DNA of 64,000 bases from Smithella sp. (GTDB lineage Bacteria; Desulfobacterota; Syntrophia; Syntrophales; Smithellaceae), in the NCBI GenBank assembly GCA_017993615.1, contig JAGOMJ010000007.1, positions 1,587-65,586 on the forward strand, read 5' to 3'. The translations under genes were made by a program, and so were the position numbers. Every line of letters begins with the position of its first letter. Positions within the stretch are counted from its first letter, which is position 1. Below, in pieces: positions 45,930 to 55,892 of this stretch. Under the pieces are notes generated by a model. That model was not told the origin of the DNA. It was given only the letters and a program-made list of their open reading frames with translations, and did not search any database.

Positions 45930-46552
45930 AGCCGGGAACGGACATTTCCGAAGACGCAATGATCAGTCGCGCCGTAAAAATCCTGACGGACGGCGGTATC
46001 ATTGCCTATCCGACGGAAACGTTTTACGGTCTGGGAGTTGATGCCACCCATGAAGAAGCCATCGGTAAAATCTTCGCCGTCAAAGGCCGGAATTTTAAAA
46101 ATCCCGTCTCTTTAATCATCGCAAAACCGGAAGATATCAATGTGCTGGTCACGGATGTACCGGAAACGGCAAAAAAACTGATCGACGCGTTCTGGCCGGG
46201 TGCGCTGACCATTGTTTTTCAGGCGTCAGACACCCTGTCGCCGCTGCTGACGGCGGGAACCGGCAAGATCGGTCTGCGTGTTTCGTCTGATCCAATCGCT
46301 CTGAAAATCGTTCAAAACATAAAAAAACCCCTGACCGCCACCAGCGCCAATTTATCCGGCGCGCCGGAATGCTCGACGGCTTCAGAAGTTGCCGGACAAA
46401 TCGGCGGCAAAATTGACGCAATTCTGGACGGGGGGAAAACGCCGGGCGGGGCATCATCCACTCTGATTGATGTTACGTTGAATCCGCCGGTCGTCCTTCG
46501 TGAAGGATCCATCAGCAGGCAATCGATTAAAGAACATCTTCACGTCATTTGA
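45914..46552 (+). CDS. tsaC: L-threonylcarbamoyladenylate synthase (TsaC/YrdC/Sua5 family)
   Basis: GGIIAYPTETFYGLGVDA, KGRNFKNP, PGALT, TSANLSG and STLIDV. Confidence 0.9.
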   Translation: MPEILKPGTDISEDAMISRAVKILTDGGIIAYPTETFYGLGVDATHEEAIGKIFAVKGRNFKNPVSLIIAKPEDINVLVTDVPETAKKLIDAFWPGALTIVFQASDTLSPLLTAGTGKIGLRVSSDPIALKIVQNIKKPLTATSANLSGAPECSTASEVAGQIGGKIDAILDGGKTPGGASSTLIDVTLNPPVVLREGSISRQSIKEHLHVI

Positions 46553-46698
46553 TCAGCAAGTAAAAGCCCCTTCACATCGAAGTTTCATCGTAACGGATAT
46601 GATTTTTTTTGGGTGAGTCGTAACCAAATCGGCGACTGGCATCGGCCATCAGAGGGGTGATGCAGTCATTGAATCGGAGCGTAGCTTCATCAAACGCG

Positions 46699-48003
46699 TT
46701 ATTTATTCATTCGCAAAATCATGATATCGCTGTTTCTCTCTTTCCAAAAGCTGATCTTTTGAATACCGATCCCTTCCATCAGCGGAACGTCGCGTGTGCA
46801 GGCCACGGCAAAAATGTGGGTATCTGTCGCAAATAGCGCGATAGCCATATGACCGGAAACTCCGTAATTCTGATTTCGAATGACTTTACCGTCTTCGTCC
46901 GGTCGCCGTATACACAATACATAACCGGGTTTTATCATCGCCCGCGCGTTCTTTTTCGTTATTTTCTCTACAGGGATGAACACCGAGTTAAGCCAGCCGT
47001 ATTCAGGAGTGGCGGCGTAACCTGTGTGGCGTATTCCCGTCCCGGTTTTAATTCTGAAAAACTGCATCACGTCATACGAGGTCACCGGATATTGCGTTTG
47101 CAATACTTGGTGAAATATCCAGGAAGAGCAATCTTCAGGATTGGCTATGCCCTTGGAGGATTTTCTGGCGCCGTAGCCGATGGCATAATAACCGCTGTGC
47201 GGGAACCCCAGTTCCCCCTGCGAGGGGCTGGAAGCACCTTTATAATAATAGGTAAATGATTCAAAATCCGGATGAATCGATGACCTGCTGATTTTTCCCG
47301 GCATCGGAATAGTATGAAAGATAATGCTGGAATTTGACCACGTTCCGCCGGATAACTTTAATGCCGACACATTGGCGCGGTCGCCTCTCAAAGCGACCAG
47401 CATGGTAATCAGGGCTCCTTTAAAGCATGTGGGTTTGAATGATCCGGGCACAATGTCGTCCTCTTTGGTCCGTTCAAGTCTGGTGATTTCAGATAGCGAC
47501 GTTTCAAATTCCTCCGGCAGGATACCGTTGACCATGTCTTCAATATATTCTTCCACAATGTCTTCAGAACCTTTAATCACTTCCAGCAATTCATTTTTTT
47601 TGCACAATTCATACCCGTGATCTTTTTCTTTCGCCTCCGCGTTTTTCAGTCGCTCATTAAAGGCGCTAATGATTTCAAGGTCGCGACCTATCCTCTCCAG
47701 CACCAGATCTTCAAATTCGCCGACGGACAAGCCGCTTTTCTTAAATCGCTGGCTCAAAATCTTGAGCAATTGTCTGGTTTCCCTGAGGGTCAGTTTTCTG
47801 TGGCGCTCTTCAATATCAAAGGCTCTCTTGACCATACCCGTTGACTGTAATTTCACTTTTGCAACGCGCATCATCTCCTGATCCGTTATATCTTCCGCGC
47901 TGTAATCCTCCTCGTCTGAATCGGACAAATAAACCTGATTGATTGAACAGGCTTGCAACAATAACACCATGCTCATCAGCGCGACGCATAAGATGATTCT
48001 CAT
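46699..48003 (-). CDS. lipoprotein with C-terminal papain-like (NlpC/P60 or YiiX-like) Cys-His domain
   Basis: Signal peptide with lipobox MRIILCVALMSMVLLLQAC. The C-terminal EDCSSWIFHQV ... GHMAIAL pattern fits a Cys/His papain-like amidase. Start chosen at the ATG giving the canonical lipoprotein signal. Confidence 0.55.
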   Translation of the reverse strand: MRIILCVALMSMVLLLQACSINQVYLSDSDEEDYSAEDITDQEMMRVAKVKLQSTGMVKRAFDIEERHRKLTLRETRQLLKILSQRFKKSGLSVGEFEDLVLERIGRDLEIISAFNERLKNAEAKEKDHGYELCKKNELLEVIKGSEDIVEEYIEDMVNGILPEEFETSLSEITRLERTKEDDIVPGSFKPTCFKGALITMLVALRGDRANVSALKLSGGTWSNSSIIFHTIPMPGKISRSSIHPDFESFTYYYKGASSPSQGELGFPHSGYYAIGYGARKSSKGIANPEDCSSWIFHQVLQTQYPVTSYDVMQFFRIKTGTGIRHTGYAATPEYGWLNSVFIPVEKITKKNARAMIKPGYVLCIRRPDEDGKVIRNQNYGVSGHMAIALFATDTHIFAVACTRDVPLMEGIGIQKISFWKERNSDIMILRMNK

Positions 48004-48212
48004 ATTGAAATATTTATCCATCACATTTGCCATCATTGTCCGCCGCCATTTAAAAATATTTTTTTACCCTGATATTGCCCCGAAGCATAAAAGACACCCT
48101 GCTTTCGTGTCAAGAAAATCTTGAACACCGGATACCATGATCATACATCCATGTCCCCGATAAACACAATTTTCGTCTAAACGACCTGCTGCTTCATTGC
48201 AGAAAAAATCAT

Positions 48213-49091
48213 TTACAGTCCGCGCATGTGATCCGGACGCAACATCCGCTCATCTCTGTTTTTCAAAACTTCATCGACCATGGCGATCATTTTCTGTTTG
48301 TCTTTCTGCAGCGTCCCCACAACCGGAAGATAATTGGAGGCATGCGTGCCGACAAATTTCATATTGTCGGCGGTGATATTCTCGAATATCTGCTTCATTT
48401 CTTCCAGGGTTTCAAAGGCGTCCAGCAATTCAAACTCGCCCCGCTGCACCTGACGGTACAGCACCGTGCCCGGAACAGGCGTCACGGTAAGCGCGGCCAG
48501 ATACTGCGGTTTCATTTCATTGCAGATTTTTGCCGTGGCCAGAGCATGCCGTCGAGAGGCCTTTCCTCGCCCGGCCAGGCCCAGAAGCACCATCGCGGAC
48601 AGATTGATTCCCGCCGCGATCAGGTTCCGACCAGCCTGGAGCATTTCTTCATAACCGACGCCTTTTTTAATTTTTTTCAAAAGTTCGTCATCGCCTGTTT
48701 CCACACCGATATATGCCTTGGTCAAACCGGCAGCCCGGAGGGTTTGCAATTCTTCCAGGGATTTGGACAGCGTACTTTGCGGTCCGACATAGCTTCCGAC
48801 ATGGCGCAGCGACGGAAATGTCCCGTACAGCTTTTTCAGAATGGTCAGCAGCATGTCTGTTTTCAGCGCAATCGCGTCGCCGTCGCAGAGAAAAACTTTT
48901 TCCAGATCGCCGTAATGGTCTTTGGCCATGGCAATGTCTTCCATGATTTCGTCAAGCGACCGTTCCCTGTACTTTTTGTCCTTGTACATACCGCAGAAGG
49001 TGCATTGATTATGCGAGCAGCCGACCGTGCACTGCAGAAGATAACTGTTGGCTTCACTGAACGGCCGGAAAATATTTCCTTCGTATCTCAA
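48213..49091 (-). CDS. radical SAM-family protein (uncharacterised subfamily)
   Basis: IFRPFSEANSYLLQCTVGCSHNQCTFCGMY, then FLCDGDA and IGVETGDDELL, fit a TIM-barrel radical SAM core. The Cys spacing is C-x3-C-x4-C-x2-C. Confidence 0.7.
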   Translation of the reverse strand: MRYEGNIFRPFSEANSYLLQCTVGCSHNQCTFCGMYKDKKYRERSLDEIMEDIAMAKDHYGDLEKVFLCDGDAIALKTDMLLTILKKLYGTFPSLRHVGSYVGPQSTLSKSLEELQTLRAAGLTKAYIGVETGDDELLKKIKKGVGYEEMLQAGRNLIAAGINLSAMVLLGLAGRGKASRRHALATAKICNEMKPQYLAALTVTPVPGTVLYRQVQRGEFELLDAFETLEEMKQIFENITADNMKFVGTHASNYLPVVGTLQKDKQKMIAMVDEVLKNRDERMLRPDHMRGL

Positions 49092-49161
49092 TTTTGACTC
49101 CTTTCAATCGGGGACGAATGCGTGCTGATTTTTTGAATACTGCGGTCAATGAATATCCCGA

Positions 49162-50223
49162 TCAGGGCTCAAGGAGACGTTCCGCGCCGATGGTCATGAC
49201 CGTTGTCTTGATGACACCCGAGGGTTCGCTGGGGAAAACAATCATGAAAGGGATCTGTCCGTTGGGCATAATCCTGTCGTTGGCGTTATTAAGACCTTCC
49301 GGACGAAGCAGTTTCATTAAAATTTCTTCTTCAGACAAATTAATCAGTTCTTCATCGGTCAGGATATTCCCCGCGTAACTGGAACGTTCACCCAAAACGA
49401 CCGAGTAGGCATCCACGATTTCACCTTTCACCTGAACCCGGGACAGCGGGAAATCCGCACGATTCAGCGCCGTGCCTTCGAGAACACCGATCTGGCCTAG
49501 AATGTAATTGTTGATTCTGCGGTAACGCACATTCTGAAGCTTCACCATCTGGTTGATATAAGCCCCTGATGTCGGCAGTTCCGGAGCGCCTCTTAATTCG
49601 CTGATCTTTTTGAAGAGATATTCACCGCTGCCGACCAGCTGTGCGCCATATTGCGGTAAAATGAAGAAATAGATCAACAGCGGTATAACCCCTATGACCA
49701 GAACCGACCAGAGAGCCGTTTTCCAGATTCTGCCGGAACCTTTCGGGAGCGTTTTCTTCTGATGGTCGGTCTCTTCAACATTGACTTCTTGTTCCTCTTG
49801 TACGATGTCACCCGTCTGTCCGTCTGCTTCGCCGACTTTTTCATCCCGGAAAGTGGCGATGTCCAGATCGATCCCTTCGCGGTCACGCTTTCTGGCCGTC
49901 ATGATCTTATCGATGGATTTCAGAACGTGCTCGTCTCTGCGGATGATGGAAGGCGCTTCTTCTGGCGGCACTGACACCGTTTCGGAAGGAGCTGTTTTTT
50001 CTTCCTCGTTGACCGGTTTCGTTTCAAGGTCCGGTTCGGTCAGCGGAAGCGCACCGGAATCGGTTCTTTTCGCAAAAGGATTTTCCTGAAAATACACATG
50101 GCCGCAACGGCTGCATCTGAGCCAGATACCGCTTCCCTGCATATGCGAATCATCGAAGCGAAACTTTGTCCGGCATTGCCGGCATTGAATAATCATAACG
50201 TCTGTCCTTACTGCTTGCGACAC
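49162..50223 (-). CDS. MJ0042-type zinc-ribbon protein with TM helix and DUF3426-like C-domain
   Basis: IIQCRQCRTKFRF...LRCSRCGHVY zinc ribbon, a low-complexity linker, one TM helix and a C-terminal beta domain. The start may be the internal ATG at 50196. Confidence 0.7.
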   Translation of the reverse strand: MSQAVRTDVMIIQCRQCRTKFRFDDSHMQGSGIWLRCSRCGHVYFQENPFAKRTDSGALPLTEPDLETKPVNEEEKTAPSETVSVPPEEAPSIIRRDEHVLKSIDKIMTARKRDREGIDLDIATFRDEKVGEADGQTGDIVQEEQEVNVEETDHQKKTLPKGSGRIWKTALWSVLVIGVIPLLIYFFILPQYGAQLVGSGEYLFKKISELRGAPELPTSGAYINQMVKLQNVRYRRINNYILGQIGVLEGTALNRADFPLSRVQVKGEIVDAYSVVLGERSSYAGNILTDEELINLSEEEILMKLLRPEGLNNANDRIMPNGQIPFMIVFPSEPSGVIKTTVMTIGAERLLEP

Positions 50224-50277
50224 GGTGCTTTCAAAAATTGCATGATGAATTTCTGAAAGTTTCTCTGATATTATGTC

Positions 50278-50811
50278 TTACAGTTTATTCGAATGAATAG
50301 TATAAATATCAGGAGAAAAGCGGTACATTTCATTAAAATCGAGTCCATAACCTACCACGAAGCCGTCGTCAATGGTAAACCCCACATAATCGGCCTCCAA
50401 AGGCACTTTTCTCCTCTTCCGTTTATCCAGAAAAACACATGTTTTGAGAGATTTAGGATTTCTTTCCTTCAGCCACTCCACAAAATACTGCATAGTGAGT
50501 CCGGTGTCCAGAATATCCTCGACAATCAAAATATCCTTGTCTTTGATGGATGTTTCAATATCCTTCGTGAGGACGACTTTGCCGGAGCTCTCAGATCCGG
50601 CGCCGTAACTGGCCAGCCTTGCAAAATCCACCCTGCAGGGAATGTTGATTTCCCGAATCAAATCGGCCATGAAAATAAAAGCGCCCTTCAGTACGCCGAT
50701 CAAAATCAATTCTTTTCCTGCATAATCTTTGGATATTTGATTCGCCATTTCCCGTACCCGTTTTTGAATGGTTTCTTTGGGAAAAAGAATCTTTCTGGAC
50801 GCCTGATCCAT
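50278..50811 (-). CDS. hpt: hypoxanthine phosphoribosyltransferase
   Basis: LIGVLKGAFIFMADL and the PRPP motif ILIVEDILDTGLT. Confidence 0.93.
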   Translation of the reverse strand: MDQASRKILFPKETIQKRVREMANQISKDYAGKELILIGVLKGAFIFMADLIREINIPCRVDFARLASYGAGSESSGKVVLTKDIETSIKDKDILIVEDILDTGLTMQYFVEWLKERNPKSLKTCVFLDKRKRRKVPLEADYVGFTIDDGFVVGYGLDFNEMYRFSPDIYTIHSNKL

Positions 50812-51000
50812 TGCACATCCCCTTAAATTGCTTATAAATTACCCAAAAGGGTATTAAGATTATCCAAAGTCGTTGTGTTATGTCAATAAAAATTATCCTC
50901 TGAGCATCAGACGAAATTCCGGAGTGCGGCTTTGCATATTTCTCGGCGTGAAAAATTCGGGCAACGCATCATACCGTCTGTTATTTGTACTCAGCAAACC

Positions 51001-51819
51001 TCATGAAACATGCCGCTTATATGTGGATACAAATTTTTCAATATTGGCCCAGATCATCTTCTCCGCTTCCTCCAGTTGGACCGCACTTTTAAAAGAAGAA
51101 CATAGACTCAATAAAATCGAATTCAGCACAGAAACCTCTCTGCCGAATTTTTCGTACTCGATATGACTGATCATGTATTGCGAGCCGTCAAAGTAATATT
51201 TGCCCAGACGATTCGCTTCCTGCGACCGAAACGGCCAGTTCAGTTTCCAGCCAAAATAATCCAGGGCAATTTCTTTTAACTCGTCATGATCGAAAACGTC
51301 CGGTTTGAGTTCGGCGCCGACCCTGTCGGCAATGAGACGAAAATACTGAACAACCAGATCAATATCCGTCAGCACCAGACCATACAGATACCAGTCGTCA
51401 ATGATTTTGATCAGAATTTGAGACTGGGACTGCGGAATAAAATAATGACTGGGACAGAGATGCCCCGCGCACAGTTCGCGACCGTAAAACGAAACATCGC
51501 GCATATCGCACCCTGCGTTTTGTTCCGGATGCACAAGACAGCCGACTTTCTTTTCATCGTGATCGAGAAACCCCAGATATTCGCAGCAGTGAATCACGTC
51601 ATATCTCTTTTTGAAATCTTCCGCGACCAGCGTTTCAGTCGCATAGCGCTTAAGATCGGCTGGACTTTTTACTGTTTCACGGAAACGTTTGGTGCGCGAA
51701 CGCAGACGCCGTGCAAGAGAAGAACGGGAGCTGTCCACGTAATTATAAAGTCCGCAACACGCGCCGCAGGATTTTCCCTTATCCGGCTGACAAAGGACGA
51801 AAATATTGGAATTCGACAT
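51001..51819 (-). CDS. YkgJ-like cysteine-cluster protein (tentative)
   Basis: The N-terminal KSCGACCGLYN motif resembles the CxxCxxCC zinc/iron-chelating domain. Further conserved Cys/His residues (HCCEYLG, CLVHPE, CAGHLCPSH). Confidence 0.5.
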   Translation of the reverse strand: MSNSNIFVLCQPDKGKSCGACCGLYNYVDSSRSSLARRLRSRTKRFRETVKSPADLKRYATETLVAEDFKKRYDVIHCCEYLGFLDHDEKKVGCLVHPEQNAGCDMRDVSFYGRELCAGHLCPSHYFIPQSQSQILIKIIDDWYLYGLVLTDIDLVVQYFRLIADRVGAELKPDVFDHDELKEIALDYFGWKLNWPFRSQEANRLGKYYFDGSQYMISHIEYEKFGREVSVLNSILLSLCSSFKSAVQLEEAEKMIWANIEKFVSTYKRHVS

Positions 51820-51989
51820 AAATAATTATCCGGTCTGTATAATGATTATCAGATCTGATGAACCTGTAAAATACTTGTTGATTGCTCTCTTTCATAATTT
51901 CGGCGAAGGCCGGAGTCTCTTTTTTGCAGCATTTTCCGGACACCGGTCCGCACCGGTGTGACGTCTTCAAACAACATTACAATACTTCC

Positions 51990-52847
51990 TTACTCGAACA
52001 CGATAGTCTTCGATCCGTAAACGAGTATTCTGTTTTCCAGATGCAGGCGTAAAGCCCTCGCCAAGACAATTCTTTCCAGATCCTTGCTTTTTCTCTGAAT
52101 ATCAGTCACCGTGTCACGATGGCTGATTTTCACGACATCCTGCGCAATAATCGGCCCCTCATCCAGCTGCGCCGTCACATAATGGCCGGTTGCGCCGATA
52201 ATTTTGACACCGCGGTCATAGGCCTGCTGGTAAGGATTCCTGCCGGCAAAGGCTGGCAGAAACGAGTGGTGAATGTTAATGATCCTGCTGGGATAATATT
52301 TGAGAAAGTTGCCGCTGAGAATCTGCATATAGCGCGCCAGCACCACGAGATCGATATGGAGATCCCGCAGCAGCCTCAGCTCTTTCTTTTCCTGCTGCTT
52401 TTTATTTTTTCCCGTTACGGGAAAATAAAAATACTGCATCCCGTACTGTTCCGCCAGATCGCGGGCATCCTCATGGTTACTGATGACCGCTTTGATATCG
52501 GCCGCCAGCTCTCCCATGTCCCGACGAAGAATCAGATCGTGCAGGCAATGCAGATGCCTGGAAACAAAAATCGCCGCGCGCGGGACGTAATCGGTAAAAT
52601 GCAAATCCCATTTCATCTGATATTGTTTGGCCAGCGGCGCGAACGCTACGGGAATGTCGTCACGATCCAAAGCAAACCCGTTGAGCTCCCATTCAACGCG
52701 CATGAAGAAAAGCTTTTCCGCCTTTGCCGTATATTGATCGGCGTGCACAATATTGCCGTCGAAACGGAAAATAAAATCGGATATTCTGGCCACTAGTCCC
52801 TTGCTGTCGGCGCAGGACAAAAGCAAAACAGCATTGACATTATTCAT
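51990..52847 (-). CDS. purU: formyltetrahydrofolate deformylase
   Basis: N-terminal ACT domain (LLLSCADSKGLVARISDFI) and a formyltransferase domain (LARYMQIL, IINIHHSFLPAF, GATGHYV). Confidence 0.92.
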   Translation of the reverse strand: MNNVNAVLLLSCADSKGLVARISDFIFRFDGNIVHADQYTAKAEKLFFMRVEWELNGFALDRDDIPVAFAPLAKQYQMKWDLHFTDYVPRAAIFVSRHLHCLHDLILRRDMGELAADIKAVISNHEDARDLAEQYGMQYFYFPVTGKNKKQQEKKELRLLRDLHIDLVVLARYMQILSGNFLKYYPSRIINIHHSFLPAFAGRNPYQQAYDRGVKIIGATGHYVTAQLDEGPIIAQDVVKISHRDTVTDIQRKSKDLERIVLARALRLHLENRILVYGSKTIVFE

Positions 52848-52950
52848 AAAACATTCACCAGTTTCCTCTGCGAGCTACGTATAAAAGGATTAAAGTTGCA
52901 GGTCAAGTATAAAAATGTTAATAACCGTCTTGTAAACCAAATGGATTGAG

Positions 52951-53358
52951 ATGAGCAAAATGAAACTGATTGAAGAAATAAAATTAGATAACGGGCTGGA
53001 TTTAAGAATTTTCGATTTGTCCCGTTCCATAGCGACAGATACGGTCAAGGTGGAAGTTTCCTTCCAAACAAACGTTTTACTGAAAGAATCTTTTTTCACC
53101 AGCACGGAAGATTATCGTCTGGTAAAAAATATTATGGGCGACGAACTGGCTTACGAACACACCATGGAAAGAACGTTCGTGTCCAAAGACAATGAAGATT
53201 CGACCCGCAATGAGTTAATCAGCACATTTAAGCATAATTCTTTAGGATATCTCTCCGCCGCGAATTTTGCTCAAAAAATGGCATTATCCAAGCTCAGGGA
53301 AATAAAAAGCAATCCGCATAAATACAGATCCCACGCTCAATCCGACAAAAAAGCATAG
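52951..53358 (+). CDS. hypothetical protein (135 aa)
   Basis: Complete ORF ending 12 nt before the radical SAM ORF. No recognised family. Confidence 0.5.
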   Translation: MSKMKLIEEIKLDNGLDLRIFDLSRSIATDTVKVEVSFQTNVLLKESFFTSTEDYRLVKNIMGDELAYEHTMERTFVSKDNEDSTRNELISTFKHNSLGYLSAANFAQKMALSKLREIKSNPHKYRSHAQSDKKA

Positions 53359-53393
53359 ATCCGGGACCTTTGCCCAAAAAGGAAAAAATCATT

Positions 53394-55871
53394 ATGCGCC
53401 ACGGCAAAATCGATGAGCTTTTATCTTCCGCCGAGAAACCCAGCCGTTACATCGGCACGGAAGTAAACGCCGTCCGTAAAGATAAAGCCGATGTTCGCTT
53501 TCTGCTGGCCTTTCCGGACACGTACGAAGTCGGCATGTCGCATCTCGGATTGCAGATTCTCTATTCGATTATCAATGACATCCCTTACGCGTCAGCAGAA
53601 CGTTGTTTTGCGCCCTGGCCGGACCGGGAAAAAATACTGCGTGACAAAAAATTGCCGTTGACGTCTTTGGAGCGTCAAATCCCGCTTCAGAATTTTGACA
53701 TGATCGGTTTTTCACTGCAATACGAACTTTCCTATACCAATATGCTCAATATGCTGGACCTGGGAGGTATCCCGATTGACCGTAAAGAACGCCGGGACGG
53801 ACATCCGCTGATTATTGCAGGCGGTCCCTGCTGTTTTAATCCCGCGCCGCTTGCTGATTTTATCGATGCGTTCGTTATCGGCGAAGGCGAAGAAATCGTC
53901 GGCGATATTGTTGCAGCCGTCCGCGAAGGCAAAATAAAATCCATCTCCCGAAACGGGCTGCTTGGCGAACTGGCGAACATACCCGGCATGTATGTTCCCG
54001 CCGTTCATCATGACAATGAAATCATCAAAAAACGAACCGTCAGCGATCTCAATGCCTGGAGGCATCCCCTCAAACCCGTTGTTCCGCTGATGCAAACCAT
54101 TCACGACCGCATCACGCTGGAAATCGCGCGCGGTTGCACCCGCGGCTGCCGGTTCTGCCAGGCGGGAATGATCTGGCGGCCTTATCGCGAAAGAAACGCC
54201 GCCCTGCTTATGGAAATGGCTGAAAAGATGCTCGCGGCAACCGGCCATGAAGAAATATCGCTTTTATCCCTCAGCTCCGGCGACTACAGTTGTCTAGAAC
54301 CTTTGGTAAAGGGCCTGATGAACCGGTATTGTCAAAAACGGGTGGCGTTGGCCCTCCCTTCCCTGCGTGTGGAATCCCTCAACACGACTTTAATGGAAGA
54401 AATCAGGCGCACGCGCAAGACCAGTTTCACCCTCGCGCCCGAAGCGGGAACGGACAAAATGCGTCTGGTTATCAACAAGGGCAACACCTCCGAAGATTTA
54501 CTTTCCACCGCGGATAAAATATTTGCCGCCGGCTGGAAATCCATCAAGCTCTATTTCATGCTGGGCCTGCCTCATGAAACACAGGAGGACTGGGAAGGCA
54601 TCGTCAATCTCAGCCATGAAACCCTGCGCGCGGCAAAAAACCGCGGTCAGGTTACCATCAGTCTTTCCACCTTCGTCCCCAAACCGCATACTCCCTTTCA
54701 ATGGGAAAAACAGATTTCACTGGCAGAAACTTATGAAAGGCAGGATTTCATCCGCACGCGGATCAAAAACCGCAATCTCAGCGTCAAATGGCACGACGCG
54801 CGGATGAGTTTTCTGGAAGGCATTTTTTCGCGCGGCAATGAGCAAGCGGGAAAACTTCTGGGAAATGCGTTTCGCAAAGGTTGCCGCTTCGACGGTTGGT
54901 CTGATATTCTGCGTTTCAACCTCTGGGAAGAAGCCATCGCCGAGTCGGACATTTATCCCGACGACTACCTTCGCGAACGCGGGACTGACGAAAAATTGCC
55001 ATGGGGCAACATTGACTGCGGCGTGAGCCGTGAATTCCTTTTGGAGGAAAAGCAGAAAGCGTTTCAGCAGACGGCAACAGCAGATTGCCGGTTTGAGACT
55101 TGCCGGAATTGCGGAGCATGCGATTTTTCGATCACGAAAAATATTCTCGCCGCAGACAACGAAAACAAATCTGTGTTGCCATCGTCTTTGGCACCCGAGA
55201 CTTCTTCGGCACAAGAAGAAAAATATCGGGTTATGTTTAATAAAATGGAAAGCGCCGGATTCCTGTCTCATCTGGAACTAGCCACCGCTCTGGTTCGCGC
55301 CTTGCGCCGCAGCAGCATCAACCTTGCTTATACCGGTGGTTTTCATCCGCATCCCAAGATTTCCTTTGCCACGGCAACCGCTGTAGGCATGGAAAGCAGA
55401 CAGGAATATATGGACATCAACGCACAGGAATATTCATGCAGTCTGGATTTATTAAGAACTGAAATCAACACTCTGCTTCCCACAGGTATTAAAATTTTGG
55501 AAATCAGAAAGCTATCTCCGGAAGAAAATGCTATCGCTCAAGCGACAAGGGGATTCGAATATGAACTGCAACTGCCTGCCGCTACCGACGCTCCCCGAAT
55601 GAGCGCCATAAAAGCAAACATCGATCAATTTCTGGCGGCATCCAATTTCAACATCAAGAAAATATCCAAAGGGAAAACCATAACCAAAGACATTCGTCCT
55701 TTTGTGCAAATGCTTTCCCTAGACCGTGACAAGAAAATAATAAAATTTATCGTATCCTTTGTTCAGGAAGGTTCGGCCAGGCCTGTCGATATCATCGCCC
55801 ACATCCTGAAATCCGACCCCGACGAATCGCGTCAAATCAGGGTGGTCAAAACCAAAACACTGCTCGGATAG
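53394..55871 (+). CDS. TIGR03960-type radical SAM protein fused to a TIGR03936/DUF2344 domain
   Basis: KPSRYIGTEVN, the B12-binding-like N-region, ARGCTRGCRFCQAG (CxxxCxxC), and a C-terminal DUF2344-like part (FLSHLE...GFHPHPKISFA). ATG 53394 is preferred over the track TTG at 53370. Confidence 0.85.
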   Translation: MRHGKIDELLSSAEKPSRYIGTEVNAVRKDKADVRFLLAFPDTYEVGMSHLGLQILYSIINDIPYASAERCFAPWPDREKILRDKKLPLTSLERQIPLQNFDMIGFSLQYELSYTNMLNMLDLGGIPIDRKERRDGHPLIIAGGPCCFNPAPLADFIDAFVIGEGEEIVGDIVAAVREGKIKSISRNGLLGELANIPGMYVPAVHHDNEIIKKRTVSDLNAWRHPLKPVVPLMQTIHDRITLEIARGCTRGCRFCQAGMIWRPYRERNAALLMEMAEKMLAATGHEEISLLSLSSGDYSCLEPLVKGLMNRYCQKRVALALPSLRVESLNTTLMEEIRRTRKTSFTLAPEAGTDKMRLVINKGNTSEDLLSTADKIFAAGWKSIKLYFMLGLPHETQEDWEGIVNLSHETLRAAKNRGQVTISLSTFVPKPHTPFQWEKQISLAETYERQDFIRTRIKNRNLSVKWHDARMSFLEGIFSRGNEQAGKLLGNAFRKGCRFDGWSDILRFNLWEEAIAESDIYPDDYLRERGTDEKLPWGNIDCGVSREFLLEEKQKAFQQTATADCRFETCRNCGACDFSITKNILAADNENKSVLPSSLAPETSSAQEEKYRVMFNKMESAGFLSHLELATALVRALRRSSINLAYTGGFHPHPKISFATATAVGMESRQEYMDINAQEYSCSLDLLRTEINTLLPTGIKILEIRKLSPEENAIAQATRGFEYELQLPAATDAPRMSAIKANIDQFLAASNFNIKKISKGKTITKDIRPFVQMLSLDRDKKIIKFIVSFVQEGSARPVDIIAHILKSDPDESRQIRVVKTKTLLG

Positions 55872-55892
55872 CTTTATCAATAAGGAGAGCTT

